IMG/VR virus record: IMGVR_UViG_3300044993_000080
Location: 1-64,000 of that record
Origin: a virus
DNA length: 64,000 nt
Reading direction: 5' to 3' (one strand)
The notes beneath the pieces are model-generated. The model did no database searches, was not told where the DNA came from, and saw nothing but the letters and a program-made list of their open reading frames with translations. This document shows positions 19,526 through 28,845 of the stretch, piece after piece (the stretch's first letter is position 1; each line of letters begins with the position of its first letter). A program made the translations under genes and the position numbers.

Positions 19526-20857
19526 CTAGTCCCGTGCGTGGCGGCTCCCAAAAGCCGAGAGAAGGGACTTGCTCGCACGCGAGCGCTCCTCGGGCTTCTT
19601 GTCGGTGCTTTCAACGCCGGGCAGGTCTTCTGCTCCCTTACGGGTTTGGCTGGTCGAATTGTCGGCCTCCACCCGCTCCTGAAGCTCCCGCTCGGCTTTG
19701 TCGGCCCGCTCCGTTGCCGCGCGGGCTTCGTTGCTTGCCGTCTCGGCGCGTTGGGTTGCTTCAGCCGCAGCCGTCAGGGCAGCGGCAAGCCGCTCGTTGA
19801 CAGGCTGCATCGCCTTCTCGACAGCAGCAGCAACCAGTGCTGTGATGTCTGTCGGCTGTTCAACTGTCGAGACCGCCGAACGGGTGGTTTCGACAGCTTC
19901 GCTCTCTTCGGCGGTGCGGAACACTGCCGTGAGTTCTTCGGCGGCCTCACTCGCCGCCATGAGGTAGGCTTCCAGAAGTGCCAGTGCGGCGGTCTTGATG
20001 GCCGCCACCACTTCATCCGAGAGACCGGCGTAATCGGCGTCGTAGACGATCCAACCGAGTTGGTTGACGACGCGCCCCAGTTCGCCCGCTTCATAGACAC
20101 CCTTGGTCTTCTGCGTCTTGGCGATTTGTTGCACGATCTCAAGAGCGCGCTCTTCGTAGGTTTGCTCGACCGTCGCAGGCTCGTCGGTCTGTCCTTCCGG
20201 CACAAGCTCTTCGCCCGGCTGGCTGACCGGATCGGTCTGTTCAGAGACAGGCGCTTCGCCGCCGTCGCCCTCTGGTGTGGTGCGGGTGCGCGCGGGCGGG
20301 TCGATAACCGACTTGTCGCCTTCGGGCTTCTCTTCCGAACGAGCGGTGTTTTCTTGCTGGCCGACTTCCGGGGCCGCGCCGGGTCCGTCGCTTTCAGCAG
20401 GCTCGTCCGCCACATCTTCGCCGGTGAGCTTGCCCACGAATACCGAAACGCCGTCTGCTGCGGCTTCGATGCGCGCCACACTGCCGGTCTCGAAGCGGGT
20501 CTCGCTGTCCGTGACCTCGAAGCCCTTGGCGGTGGCGGTGATGGTGTAGTCTTCGTAACCTCCCGCATCGAGCCACGCCTTGACAGCGTTCTCGTCAGCG
20601 AACTGGCTCTTCTGGAACTCGAACTGCATGATGCCGTAGCCTTTCGGTGCGATGGCCTCGACCTTGGCGCTTGCCTTCTGCTTGATCTTCATAGTCGGGT
20701 TCTCCGTGCCTGCCCCGGACGCCGGAACGGCTGCGTCCATCTTGATTACTCGATAAGGTCGTTGGTTCGCTCCCGCCCGAACCTGCGAAACAAAGCTCGG
20801 GTCCGGGTTGCAGAGTGCGGTCGCCTTGATCGTCCGCTTGATCGGCCTGATCTTCAT
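19526..20857 (-). CDS. Capsid scaffold-like protein
   Basis: N-terminal VSQV..GAN.R.Y..IK motif, acidic low-complexity linker and coiled-coil C-terminus, directly upstream of the capsid gene. Confidence 0.7.
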   Translation of the reverse strand: MKIRPIKRTIKATALCNPDPSFVSQVRAGANQRPYRVIKMDAAVPASGAGTENPTMKIKQKASAKVEAIAPKGYGIMQFEFQKSQFADENAVKAWLDAGGYEDYTITATAKGFEVTDSETRFETGSVARIEAAADGVSVFVGKLTGEDVADEPAESDGPGAAPEVGQQENTARSEEKPEGDKSVIDPPARTRTTPEGDGGEAPVSEQTDPVSQPGEELVPEGQTDEPATVEQTYEERALEIVQQIAKTQKTKGVYEAGELGRVVNQLGWIVYDADYAGLSDEVVAAIKTAALALLEAYLMAASEAAEELTAVFRTAEESEAVETTRSAVSTVEQPTDITALVAAAVEKAMQPVNERLAAALTAAAEATQRAETASNEARAATERADKAERELQERVEADNSTSQTRKGAEDLPGVESTDKKPEERSRASKSLLSAFGSRHARD

Positions 20858-20869
20858 GGTTCGCGCTCC

Positions 20870-21460
20870 CTAAACCAAATCGAAACGATGCGAGTGGCCG
20901 GAGACCTTCTCGGTCATCGTGCCGTGCTTGATGATGTGCGTGTGGCCGTCAGGCCCCGGCGACGTCATGCCGCGAACGACGCGGCCCCGATCATCGACCT
21001 GCACGAAAAACAAATGCTCGTGATCCACACCCTTGATTGTGCGGGTCTTGCCCACGTGATCCCGGACCACGCTGCACTCGACCTCATATTCGACTAGGTT
21101 GACCATAGCCTCGAAGCTGAAGCCGTTGAGGTCGCCCTTCAAGACGGCCTCCCACACCTCGTCTCTCGGGCACTTGACGCCCATAACCCATGCGCCTTCG
21201 GTGAAGTCCGGGTCGCCAGCGCGGGCCACGAAACTCTCGATAGGGTAGGAGCCGTTCGGGATGTTGTCGTGGTTGGTGTCGATGACGTTGGCCAGATCAA
21301 GCTGCATGAACTTGTGGGCCATCTCTTCGACGTGCTCGGGCAACATGAACTCACCATAAGTGTCGAGCACATTAGGCGCATAAACCTCCGCATACACAAT
21401 GCGGCGATCAGCGTCGATGCGCCGGATCATTGCCGTCATTTTGCGTGCTTCGGTTGTCAT
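20870..21460 (-). CDS. Prohead protease, XkdF-like
   Basis: RIVYAEVYAP..LD..GE, IDTNH, ES.VA, G.WVMGVK and W..V.KG.LNGFS motifs, with a His-rich C-terminus. Confidence 0.88.
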   Translation of the reverse strand: MTTEARKMTAMIRRIDADRRIVYAEVYAPNVLDTYGEFMLPEHVEEMAHKFMQLDLANVIDTNHDNIPNGSYPIESFVARAGDPDFTEGAWVMGVKCPRDEVWEAVLKGDLNGFSFEAMVNLVEYEVECSVVRDHVGKTRTIKGVDHEHLFFVQVDDRGRVVRGMTSPGPDGHTHIIKHGTMTEKVSGHSHRFDLV

Positions 21461-21559
21461 TACCCTACCCGCTTGGTGGTGAATGACGGCGTTTTATGCT
21501 GTCACGGTATGTGCGTCAAGTGCGCTTGCAACGGGTTGCAATATAGTTTGCCGCTACTA

Positions 21560-22519
21560 TTAGTAATCAACCGCAACAAGCCGGGACCGGCAATTGCCGT
21601 GAAGCGGCGGCACTGCAACACCCGCTGCGAGCATCTGCTCCGGGGTCAGTCCGGTCACGTCGCTGGCTTTCAACCATGGCGCTACAATTTTGATCTCGTC
21701 GCCTTGCGCAGCCGCCACGCGATCCATGTATAGGCTCAAATCACCAATACGCCAGCGCGTGCCGTTAGTCGCCTGACAAATCTCGGATGTTCGGCTGTCG
21801 ATGGTCGCCTGAAACATCATGCCCGTAAAGCCGTATGCTTGCGCAGTCTTGATGTAGCCGTAATGGTAAGCACGCGATGCAGCGCCGTTGGCGACAAGGC
21901 TCCAGTAAGGAACACTGCGCAGCCGCCGATCCAGCAGCGCGCGGATTGCCCTCAACTGCTCACCGTCATTGGCGAGCCCATCGAGCACGGCGGCGTGCAC
22001 TGCGTCTACCACGACTGGCATGACGTGCACGTTGAAATACTGGTTGGTGTAATACTTTGCGCTGGCACTCATCCCGTTGGTGATCTGTAACCGCTGAAGA
22101 TCGGACAATAGCGGCCCGAACGCTATGTCGTGTTGGCCTAAGGTGATGATGTTCCACAAGGTCTGCCGGACACTGTTGTCGAGCCCACGTGGCCAATGCT
22201 GCGCCTGCCAGACCGCCCCGGCTGTCACCATGGCCGCTGTGATGTGTTGCTCATCGACATAGGTGCCGGACAGGGCCGCCTCCAAGTCGGGCTGGATAAT
22301 GTCAGCTATTCGGACGGCGTTGTCGCTCAACTGCTGGGTAAGTTCGATCTCCCCATCAACGAACGGGGCATCGCCGGTCTCTTGCCTCAATACCCGGCGC
22401 AAGCCCGAATAATCCACAACTGCGCGCTCCAGCCGCATCAACGTGATCCGGTCAAGAGCGTCCTCAGTCGCGTGGGTTCCGCAGCACCCGCAATTGATGT
22501 GCTCGGCGAAAAAGCTCAT
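21560..22519 (-). CDS. Head morphogenesis protein (SPP1 gp7/Mu F-like)
   Basis: ATIDSRTSEIC...NG and PPLHGNCRS motifs. Confidence 0.9.
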   Translation of the reverse strand: MSFFAEHINCGCCGTHATEDALDRITLMRLERAVVDYSGLRRVLRQETGDAPFVDGEIELTQQLSDNAVRIADIIQPDLEAALSGTYVDEQHITAAMVTAGAVWQAQHWPRGLDNSVRQTLWNIITLGQHDIAFGPLLSDLQRLQITNGMSASAKYYTNQYFNVHVMPVVVDAVHAAVLDGLANDGEQLRAIRALLDRRLRSVPYWSLVANGAASRAYHYGYIKTAQAYGFTGMMFQATIDSRTSEICQATNGTRWRIGDLSLYMDRVAAAQGDEIKIVAPWLKASDVTGLTPEQMLAAGVAVPPLHGNCRSRLVAVDY

Positions 22520-24351
22520 TGGACGGCCACCACCTGCTCTCGCGCCGGGTTGAAGTCGGCGGTCAGGTGAGAGCCCTCATCCAATGGACTGATGCGTGGT
22601 CTGGTTCGGGGTGGTGGGCTGACTTCGCGGTCCCGGTAGGAGGCCTGCTTGTTGGTTTGCAGCAATGTGGCCAAGTCACCCATGACGCGGCGGATCGCAC
22701 GGCGTTTGCGCTGCGCGGTTTCCTCCTCTACTTCTTCTGCGCCTTCTGGTTCTTCATCACCTTCGGGGTCTTCCTCGAACTCCTCGGTTTCCTCGATGGC
22801 GGCCATGATCTCCTCGAAGCCCTTGATCTTACCGGCGGTGGCAAGCGCCCTCACCACCGCCCACGGGTAATTGCCCCACGGCTCGATAATCGTGGGGATG
22901 TCGAGCCCGAATTGTTCATTGGCTAGGCCGATAGCGACGTTCGGTGTCATCGCGCCGACTTCGTCAAACGCCCTCACGGCGCTGACGACCCCTTCCGGGT
23001 TGCTGATGCGCGGCGGGTTGGAACGGACCTCCCAATACTTAACGCCGTAAGGCCCCAGAATGTGTCGGTTGATGATGTCGTCCAGCACGGCCCGCTCCGG
23101 CCCGAATACTTGGCTCTCGGCGACCTCGTAGGCCACCTGTGCCGTGGAGCGGGTAAAGTCCTGTGAGTGGCCGGTAAAGAGCGCAGACAGCCGGAAGCTC
23201 GACCGCACTTTCTCCTGCTGTGCCTTGTCGTATTCGAGAAACTGCCCTTCCTTGATGCGCTCGCCTGCCAGTGGCTTCAGGTCCACTTTCGGGGCCGGAA
23301 TGGTGCCATCCTTTGACGCGGCGGTCTCATCACCCTCGACTTCGATGATGAGCACGCGGTTCTGGGCGGCGCGCCCACGGGCCGCTGTGACATGGCTTTC
23401 GATCTGCTCGATGGTGCCCGTCGCCAGCGTGCCACCGCTCACCAGCACGGCCATCGCCGGGATGGCGTTCTCCTTGAAGAAGTCAAGGTTGGTCAGTTCT
23501 GCCTGCCTTGATCCTTGAATGGCAACAAGATTGTTGAACCACCGGGGCAATCCGTAGTCCTGCCCCGGATAGTATTGCCTGACCATGATTATCTCGGTCG
23601 CGGTGTCCTCATACTTAAGGTTCTGCTCGACCTTGCCGTTGGTCGGGTTGATGTCTCGTGGGTCTCCGAACTCCTTGAAGTAAACCTTCTTGGTGCCGAC
23701 AATCTGGACAAAGCGCCGGAAGTGGCGGCGGGTGACGGCGTTCGCCTTGCGCCCAAACTGATTGACTTCAGTGACAACCTGCACGGCCTCCTTCTCGCGG
23801 GTGGTAATCCGCATGGTGTGCGCCGGGATGTGGCCCATGAAAACAGGCAACTTGTCCTTGGTCCTGCCCACCTCGATGTAACTGAAGCCCAGACCCTCAA
23901 TATCCCAGCGCAGCCGCTTGCGTAGCTCGACCAGTGAGTGCTCGGGGTGGATCGACCCCAGCAGGCTTTCAATGTTGGCCTTCTCAATTTGCGCGGCCTC
24001 AGTCTGCTCCTCACCGTCCGGCCCGACGTATTCGAGCCTCCAACCGTGGCCTTCGATGTTGATGACCATGGCTTCGATGCACTGACGCAAAATCGAGTTG
24101 TCGTTCGGCATCCGCAAGAGTGCTGCGAGGTTGACGGGAGGCGGCTGAATACGGAAGTCGCTCGCTCCCCCGACATCGTAGAGGTTATAAGTGCTGAACG
24201 GGTCCGGAATGGACTGCGAGAAGTCACCCCGCTGGACGGACTGAAGAATATCGTCCCCGTCCTGCGCGGTAGAACGACCCACGACATAAGTGCGGTCCCC
24301 TGCCTTACGACGTGCACGTGTCCGGGCAGGCGGGTTGATCGTGACGGCCAT
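22516..24351 (-). CDS. Portal protein
   Basis: G.SYIEV.R, HIPAHTMR, YGLPRW and N..FF...AIP motifs. First gene of the head module. Confidence 0.9.
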   Translation of the reverse strand: MAVTINPPARTRARRKAGDRTYVVGRSTAQDGDDILQSVQRGDFSQSIPDPFSTYNLYDVGGASDFRIQPPPVNLAALLRMPNDNSILRQCIEAMVINIEGHGWRLEYVGPDGEEQTEAAQIEKANIESLLGSIHPEHSLVELRKRLRWDIEGLGFSYIEVGRTKDKLPVFMGHIPAHTMRITTREKEAVQVVTEVNQFGRKANAVTRRHFRRFVQIVGTKKVYFKEFGDPRDINPTNGKVEQNLKYEDTATEIIMVRQYYPGQDYGLPRWFNNLVAIQGSRQAELTNLDFFKENAIPAMAVLVSGGTLATGTIEQIESHVTAARGRAAQNRVLIIEVEGDETAASKDGTIPAPKVDLKPLAGERIKEGQFLEYDKAQQEKVRSSFRLSALFTGHSQDFTRSTAQVAYEVAESQVFGPERAVLDDIINRHILGPYGVKYWEVRSNPPRISNPEGVVSAVRAFDEVGAMTPNVAIGLANEQFGLDIPTIIEPWGNYPWAVVRALATAGKIKGFEEIMAAIEETEEFEEDPEGDEEPEGAEEVEEETAQRKRRAIRRVMGDLATLLQTNKQASYRDREVSPPPRTRPRISPLDEGSHLTADFNPAREQVVAVQ

Positions 24352-24398
24352 CAGTGTCCTCGCGGGTTTGTAACCGGGGCACCATAATCGGGCATCGC

Positions 24399-25910
24399 TT
24401 ACATATCAAGCTGCACCCGCCTCTTGGCTCCCATGGTGCTTGTTGCAACGGGTTGCAAAACCCCACTCTCCGTGAACTGCAACTCGTTGGGCGGCAAATC
24501 CGCAAACAACTGGGTCAGGGTGTTGACGTGGTGATTATGCCCACTCCGCTTCGCATCCTTGCCAACGCTGGAGTAGTTGGACCCGCAAAGTATCACCCCG
24601 CCCGGTGCGTTGCGCAAGAGCACCGGGAAATTCTTGGTGCATACAGGAAAGTCGGGGCGACCATCCCACACGATCTTCGAGCGCAGATACTTGCGGCGGT
24701 GCATGGCGTGCTGAAGCGCGCTGGCGAAGTAGGTGTTAGACTGAATAGCGTGGGTGACGCGTGGGTCCATGCCGCGCTGTGGTGATAGGGGCGCGCTCTG
24801 GGTGCATTCGGCATCAGAGACAGCAACAGGAAGGATAAAAGCGACTTTGCACGTCTCAGCGATCCGCGTCCGCCACATGACGTGCTCGATGAATAGGAAC
24901 CGATGGTAGCCGTTGCTGCGGTGGATCAGCACGTGATCGCCGCTATTCAGCACATCCTCGGCTCGCCGTCCGTAGCGCCCGTCCGGGAATGTGCGAAATG
25001 CCAGCAACCGCCCGGCGCACCCACTGACCTGTCTGTTGTCATATGCGTGCTCGACCGGGAACGGGGTGTTGTTGCGGTCTTCGAGCACGAGCCGCCGTTT
25101 GCTGTATCGGTGCTCTGCGCCCTTATCGCCCTTTACGTGACCCTGTGTCGCAGCCAGTGCGGCGCGGGCGGTGTTGACGGCTGACGCCCGTAAGTTGTTG
25201 TCCAGTTTTTCCTTGTGCAGTTCGCGGTTCGAATTGGCACACCATTTCTCGTATATATCCGAGATTACACACGTGAACCGACTATTGACCTGCATGTGGG
25301 TGTAGCCGACCTCGCGCGGCTCCAGCCACGGGTAGCGGGTGTCGTAAATGAGCGCCACCCAGTCGATATACCATAGAAGCTGGCCGTCCACTTCAACATC
25401 GCAGTCTTTAGGGTTGGAAATGTCAAAGTGGGCGACTAGGAAATCATAGGTTCGTATGTTTGTCCCGCCGATACATTGCGCCGCCGTCAATAGCTCGTCG
25501 TGACTGATTTCGGTATAGACCACGGTGTCTTCGCCGCTGTCGTTCGGGATAGTGGAGAGCACCCGGACGATCTCTGCCTGAAGCCAATCGTCGTCTATCG
25601 AAAGCACAGGCACAACCTGATCTTTGTGAACATCCTGCGTCATACGCCAGCCCTGAGGAATGTGCGGGAACTTGGCATCTTCGCCGGGCGCAAGATAGTA
25701 ACAGATGCTGTGGCCCCAGTAGCCGTTATGGCCGCCAATGTTGTAGTGGGCTCGCCGCGCTTGCAGAACATGAACGTCGAGCACCGTGTAAGCCCCGTCG
25801 CAAACGGTCTCGTCTCCGATCCTGCTGAACTCGGGTCTGTAATGGAAGCGGCTGCTGCTCCAATCGCGTGTGTGCCGGACGTGGATGGGGTTAATACTGA
25901 TACGCGCCAA
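24399..25910 (-). CDS. Hypothetical protein (~503 aa)
   Basis: Long ORF with its own TTGACA promoter and GTCGAGAGGAGA leader. TTG start at 25910 inferred from SD spacing. Confidence 0.7.
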   Translation of the reverse strand: MARISINPIHVRHTRDWSSSRFHYRPEFSRIGDETVCDGAYTVLDVHVLQARRAHYNIGGHNGYWGHSICYYLAPGEDAKFPHIPQGWRMTQDVHKDQVVPVLSIDDDWLQAEIVRVLSTIPNDSGEDTVVYTEISHDELLTAAQCIGGTNIRTYDFLVAHFDISNPKDCDVEVDGQLLWYIDWVALIYDTRYPWLEPREVGYTHMQVNSRFTCVISDIYEKWCANSNRELHKEKLDNNLRASAVNTARAALAATQGHVKGDKGAEHRYSKRRLVLEDRNNTPFPVEHAYDNRQVSGCAGRLLAFRTFPDGRYGRRAEDVLNSGDHVLIHRSNGYHRFLFIEHVMWRTRIAETCKVAFILPVAVSDAECTQSAPLSPQRGMDPRVTHAIQSNTYFASALQHAMHRRKYLRSKIVWDGRPDFPVCTKNFPVLLRNAPGGVILCGSNYSSVGKDAKRSGHNHHVNTLTQLFADLPPNELQFTESGVLQPVATSTMGAKRRVQLDM

Positions 25911-25969
25911 TTTCAATCTCCTCTCGACACTGGCATATTGCCATAGCCTAGATTTATTGTCAAGCGCAA

Positions 25970-26641
25970 TCAGTCGAGATTGATCTGGCGAGTGCTAGGC
26001 CTGACAGGCAAACGCCTTGCCGAGATATACCCTTGCTGCGTATTATTCATGGTCTCTGACCATGTTTTGCAGTTAGTGCCCCCCGCGCTGTCCATTAACC
26101 GGTTGACTACATCCGGCGTCTCCCGTGCGATGCGCAACAACACAGGGTCGTCTATCCTGCTTCCTACTTCGCCTGTCATGGCCCTGACCAGTCGAGAGAG
26201 CCCTGCGTGCTCTGATGTGTGAACATAAATGAACTGGTCCGCCGCCGTGATAGCGAAAAAATGATTGTAGCCCTCCGTGTCTCGGAAGGTGTTCTCATTC
26301 CACTGCCCCACATGCGGTTGCGGCAACGCGCTCCACGATCTCTGGTGTTCCACGGACAACCAGATGACCGGCACGTCGGTGTCGATCATGTCCTGATCCG
26401 TAGGCTCTCGGTCGCTGACGACGATGACCTGCTTCGCGTCCTCAAACGCCAAGGGCATAGTATGCCGCCAATTCTCGCCCGCCACGTTGCGGTCCCGCAA
26501 GTCTTTCAACTCGGCTTCCTGCTGACCGCACTTCATCAAGAGCGCACGATACTTCCCCAGAATGCCTACCCCGGAATAAACCGTCATACCCGTGGCGATA
26601 ACGAGACCCATCACTAACCACGCGCTGACATCACCCATCAC
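25970..26641 (-). CDS. Hypothetical protein with N-terminal TM helix
   Basis: Hydrophobic N-terminus WLVMGLVIATGMTVYSGVGIL, translationally coupled to the upstream gene. Confidence 0.65.
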   Translation of the reverse strand: MMGDVSAWLVMGLVIATGMTVYSGVGILGKYRALLMKCGQQEAELKDLRDRNVAGENWRHTMPLAFEDAKQVIVVSDREPTDQDMIDTDVPVIWLSVEHQRSWSALPQPHVGQWNENTFRDTEGYNHFFAITAADQFIYVHTSEHAGLSRLVRAMTGEVGSRIDDPVLLRIARETPDVVNRLMDSAGGTNCKTWSETMNNTQQGYISARRLPVRPSTRQINLD

Positions 26642-26991
26642 TGCCGCTCCTTCGTCGCAAACTTCCCTCTGCCTGCATTAAACGGATAGTCTAGCGGGTG
26701 CTTGCTCTTGCCGGTTTTCGGGTCTCGCTCGTGCATCCACCTACGGAAATGAGCGTCGAACATGTAGCAGGGCAGTTGCGCGTTCGGAAACTTGGTCTGG
26801 TTCGGGTGTGGCACCTGCAACGTCACAACTGGCCATCCGAGCTTGCGAAGCTCGCTGCACCGAGCGTTGATGGCAAAACAGTTGTATTCGATGATGCTGC
26901 TAATCGGAGTGATCTTGTCGCCGGACAGCAAACCCATCAAAACACGCCACTGCTGGGTGCCCTCTTCGGGTAGTGGATTAGGGCGGGTCAC
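26638..26991 (-). CDS. Helix-turn-helix domain protein
   Basis: Q..RVL..L.SG.KIT......YN...INAR.SELRKLGW is a phage HTH pattern. GTG start overlaps the upstream stop. Confidence 0.7.
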   Translation of the reverse strand: MTRPNPLPEEGTQQWRVLMGLLSGDKITPISSIIEYNCFAINARCSELRKLGWPVVTLQVPHPNQTKFPNAQLPCYMFDAHFRRWMHERDPKTGKSKHPLDYPFNAGRGKFATKERQ

Positions 26992-27218
26992 AGGGGATAC
27001 TCCAACCGCTTGAGGTAAGCCGCCGCATCGAGATGGGGACGACGAGTGCGCAACCAATGCACCCAATAGACGTCAATAGGCAACGGGGAGCGGTGAGGCC
27101 GGGGCGGCACGGGGCCGCGACTGCCGGATGCAAAAGGGAACGCCTTGCAGAAGGCGTCGAACGCATCGAGCACTTCGCAAGAGCTAGGAAGGCCAGCGGG
27201 AACAAAAGGTGCAGACAT
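26988..27218 (-). CDS. Hypothetical protein
   Basis: Preceded by a TTGACA promoter and GTCGAGAGGAGA leader. Confidence 0.65.
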   Translation of the reverse strand: MSAPFVPAGLPSSCEVLDAFDAFCKAFPFASGSRGPVPPRPHRSPLPIDVYWVHWLRTRRPHLDAAAYLKRLEYPL

Positions 27219-27278
27219 ATCAAATCTCCTCTCGACCCTTACGGCCTAGCATAGCTGAGATTTGATGTCAACCCATGT

Positions 27279-27317
27279 AAAAAACGGCCCTGTCTCGCAG
27301 GGGGAGACAGGGCCGTT
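27279..27317 (-). terminator. Rho-independent terminator
   Basis: AACGGCCCTGTCTC-loop-GAGACAGGGCCG followed by TTTTTT on the minus strand. Confidence 0.9.
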
Positions 27318-27392
27318 CGTTTCGGCTAGTGGAAGGCGACACGAAACCTTGTCGAGAGGGAAACGTGCCTTTCTCAACACTCGCCTACTTAA
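27279..27392 (-). ncRNA. Candidate small regulatory RNA (~114 nt) antisense to early-gene leaders
   Basis: TTGACA(27427-27422)-17bp-TAACTT promoter, stem GGCACG/CGUGUC enclosing UUUCCCUCUCGAC, and a strong intrinsic terminator. No complete RBS-led ORF inside. Confidence 0.65.
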
Positions 27393-27456
27393 GTCCCCAA
27401 GTTAGACTGGCAAACCCTGAATGTCAAGCGGGCTATGATGCAACCCGTTGCACGCT

Positions 27457-27765
27457 TTAAGCGTTGAGACGCTCCGCGATCCACGCGGCGGTCGATCCCC
27501 GGACATCCAAGTCGCCATCCAACACCACGCAAATGCTGCGCCCTTGACTGTCGAAAACGTTGGGGCCGTCGCTGTGATAAGGCCCCCGCCCACGCTTGCG
27601 CCCCCCGGATTGTGAGGCCTCGACTGCACTGGTGTCCGGGGTCTCTTCCTCGGTTTCAAGTGCTGATGACGGCTCGGCGGCCACCACGCCCGTGGGACCT
27701 TCGATAGCTGCGGTGTCCGGGCGAGTGACGCGGGTGCGCGGGCTCGGGGTCTTGGTCTCGCTCAT
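27457..27765 (-). CDS. Hypothetical protein
   Basis: 102 aa, AGGAGG RBS, disordered N-terminal half. Confidence 0.7.
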   Translation of the reverse strand: MSETKTPSPRTRVTRPDTAAIEGPTGVVAAEPSSALETEEETPDTSAVEASQSGGRKRGRGPYHSDGPNVFDSQGRSICVVLDGDLDVRGSTAAWIAERLNA

Positions 27766-27840
27766 AATCTTCCTCCTTCGCTGTGGTGCTTGATACGCTG
27801 CCTATTAGCCGCCGTCCAGATTGATCGTCCGTGGGCGTTC

Positions 27841-28098
27841 TCACTGGCGGACAAGGGGGTCGCTTGCGAGCGCCGCTCTACCCGCTGCGGTGACGCTGTA
27901 TGTCACTAGATTGTGCTTCACTTCATGACGGGACACGAAACCTCGTTCCCTCAATGATCGTAGTGCAGGAGCAACCCTGCTGGAAGCCTTGGCGCGCTCA
28001 TGACCCAGAGCCAACCCCAGCAGGGTTGGTGTAAAACCGTCGCCGATTTGTTTTGCTGCCCGAAGTGCAGCTAATTCAGATTTCTTCAGCCTATCCAT
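27841..28098 (-). CDS. Winged helix-turn-helix DNA-binding protein
   Basis: L.SL.ERGFV.R......Y.VT.AGRAAL is a wHTH (MarR/PadR-like) pattern. GGAGGAG RBS. Confidence 0.8.
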   Translation of the reverse strand: MDRLKKSELAALRAAKQIGDGFTPTLLGLALGHERAKASSRVAPALRSLRERGFVSRHEVKHNLVTYSVTAAGRAALASDPLVRQ

Positions 28099-28158
28099 TT
28101 GCTCCTCCGTGGTCCGCCTATACTCATTGGTTGTGCGGGTTGCAACGAGTTGCAGCCG

Positions 28159-28845
28159 TCATAACATAACGCCCCCTTTGTCCGCGACATATAGCTTGGG
28201 TGACTGGATGCGCTGTTTACCCGCGCCTTCCAACGCGCTACGGATAAGCGCGATCCCTTCGTTTTCGTTCATTATCTCGCCGTGCCGCCAAACCTCGTAA
28301 TCTACCCAGCGCTTGATGTGCACTCGCCCGGTGTCATCGAGCCGGTAGTCGCTAACTGGGTATAGTTTGCGGTCCACCGCACGCGGCCACGTGATCGAAT
28401 AACTATAGGACCGCGCCTGCACGAATACGACTGGCCGATCCGGCATGACGGTGTGGTCCACCGCAATGTCGAAGGGCACACCGTTCTTAGTGGCCGGTAG
28501 CCCGTCCAGCCGCTTCGTGTATTTCGGTGCGGCGAGGTAAGGGCAGACCTTGAGCGCGTAGCTGGAGCACTCGTGGTGCATAGGGCTGTCGATGTAGCAG
28601 CCGTGAGGGTGGAAAGCCGATAGCGGCCCTCCTACCCACCATAGGTCGCCGATCTCCAGCTCTCCGCCGCATATCGGGCAAAGCATTTCCTCCAACGCCT
28701 GCCACGACTTGCGATCATCGTTGACCGTAAACAGCGGCTCCCCTGCGTTGTCACGCGCCACGTTCCATGGGATAGGGAAGCCCCGCCGATCTCTCGGCAG
28801 GTGCTCCATGCGTTCAGGGACAGGCACGTCCCACCACTTAAACAT
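28159..28845 (-). CDS. Hypothetical Cys/His (Zn-binding) phage protein
   Basis: RGFPIPW, CPICG and P.H.EC..YA...CPYL motifs. Confidence 0.7.
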   Translation of the reverse strand: MFKWWDVPVPERMEHLPRDRRGFPIPWNVARDNAGEPLFTVNDDRKSWQALEEMLCPICGGELEIGDLWWVGGPLSAFHPHGCYIDSPMHHECSSYALKVCPYLAAPKYTKRLDGLPATKNGVPFDIAVDHTVMPDRPVVFVQARSYSYSITWPRAVDRKLYPVSDYRLDDTGRVHIKRWVDYEVWRHGEIMNENEGIALIRSALEGAGKQRIQSPKLYVADKGGVML

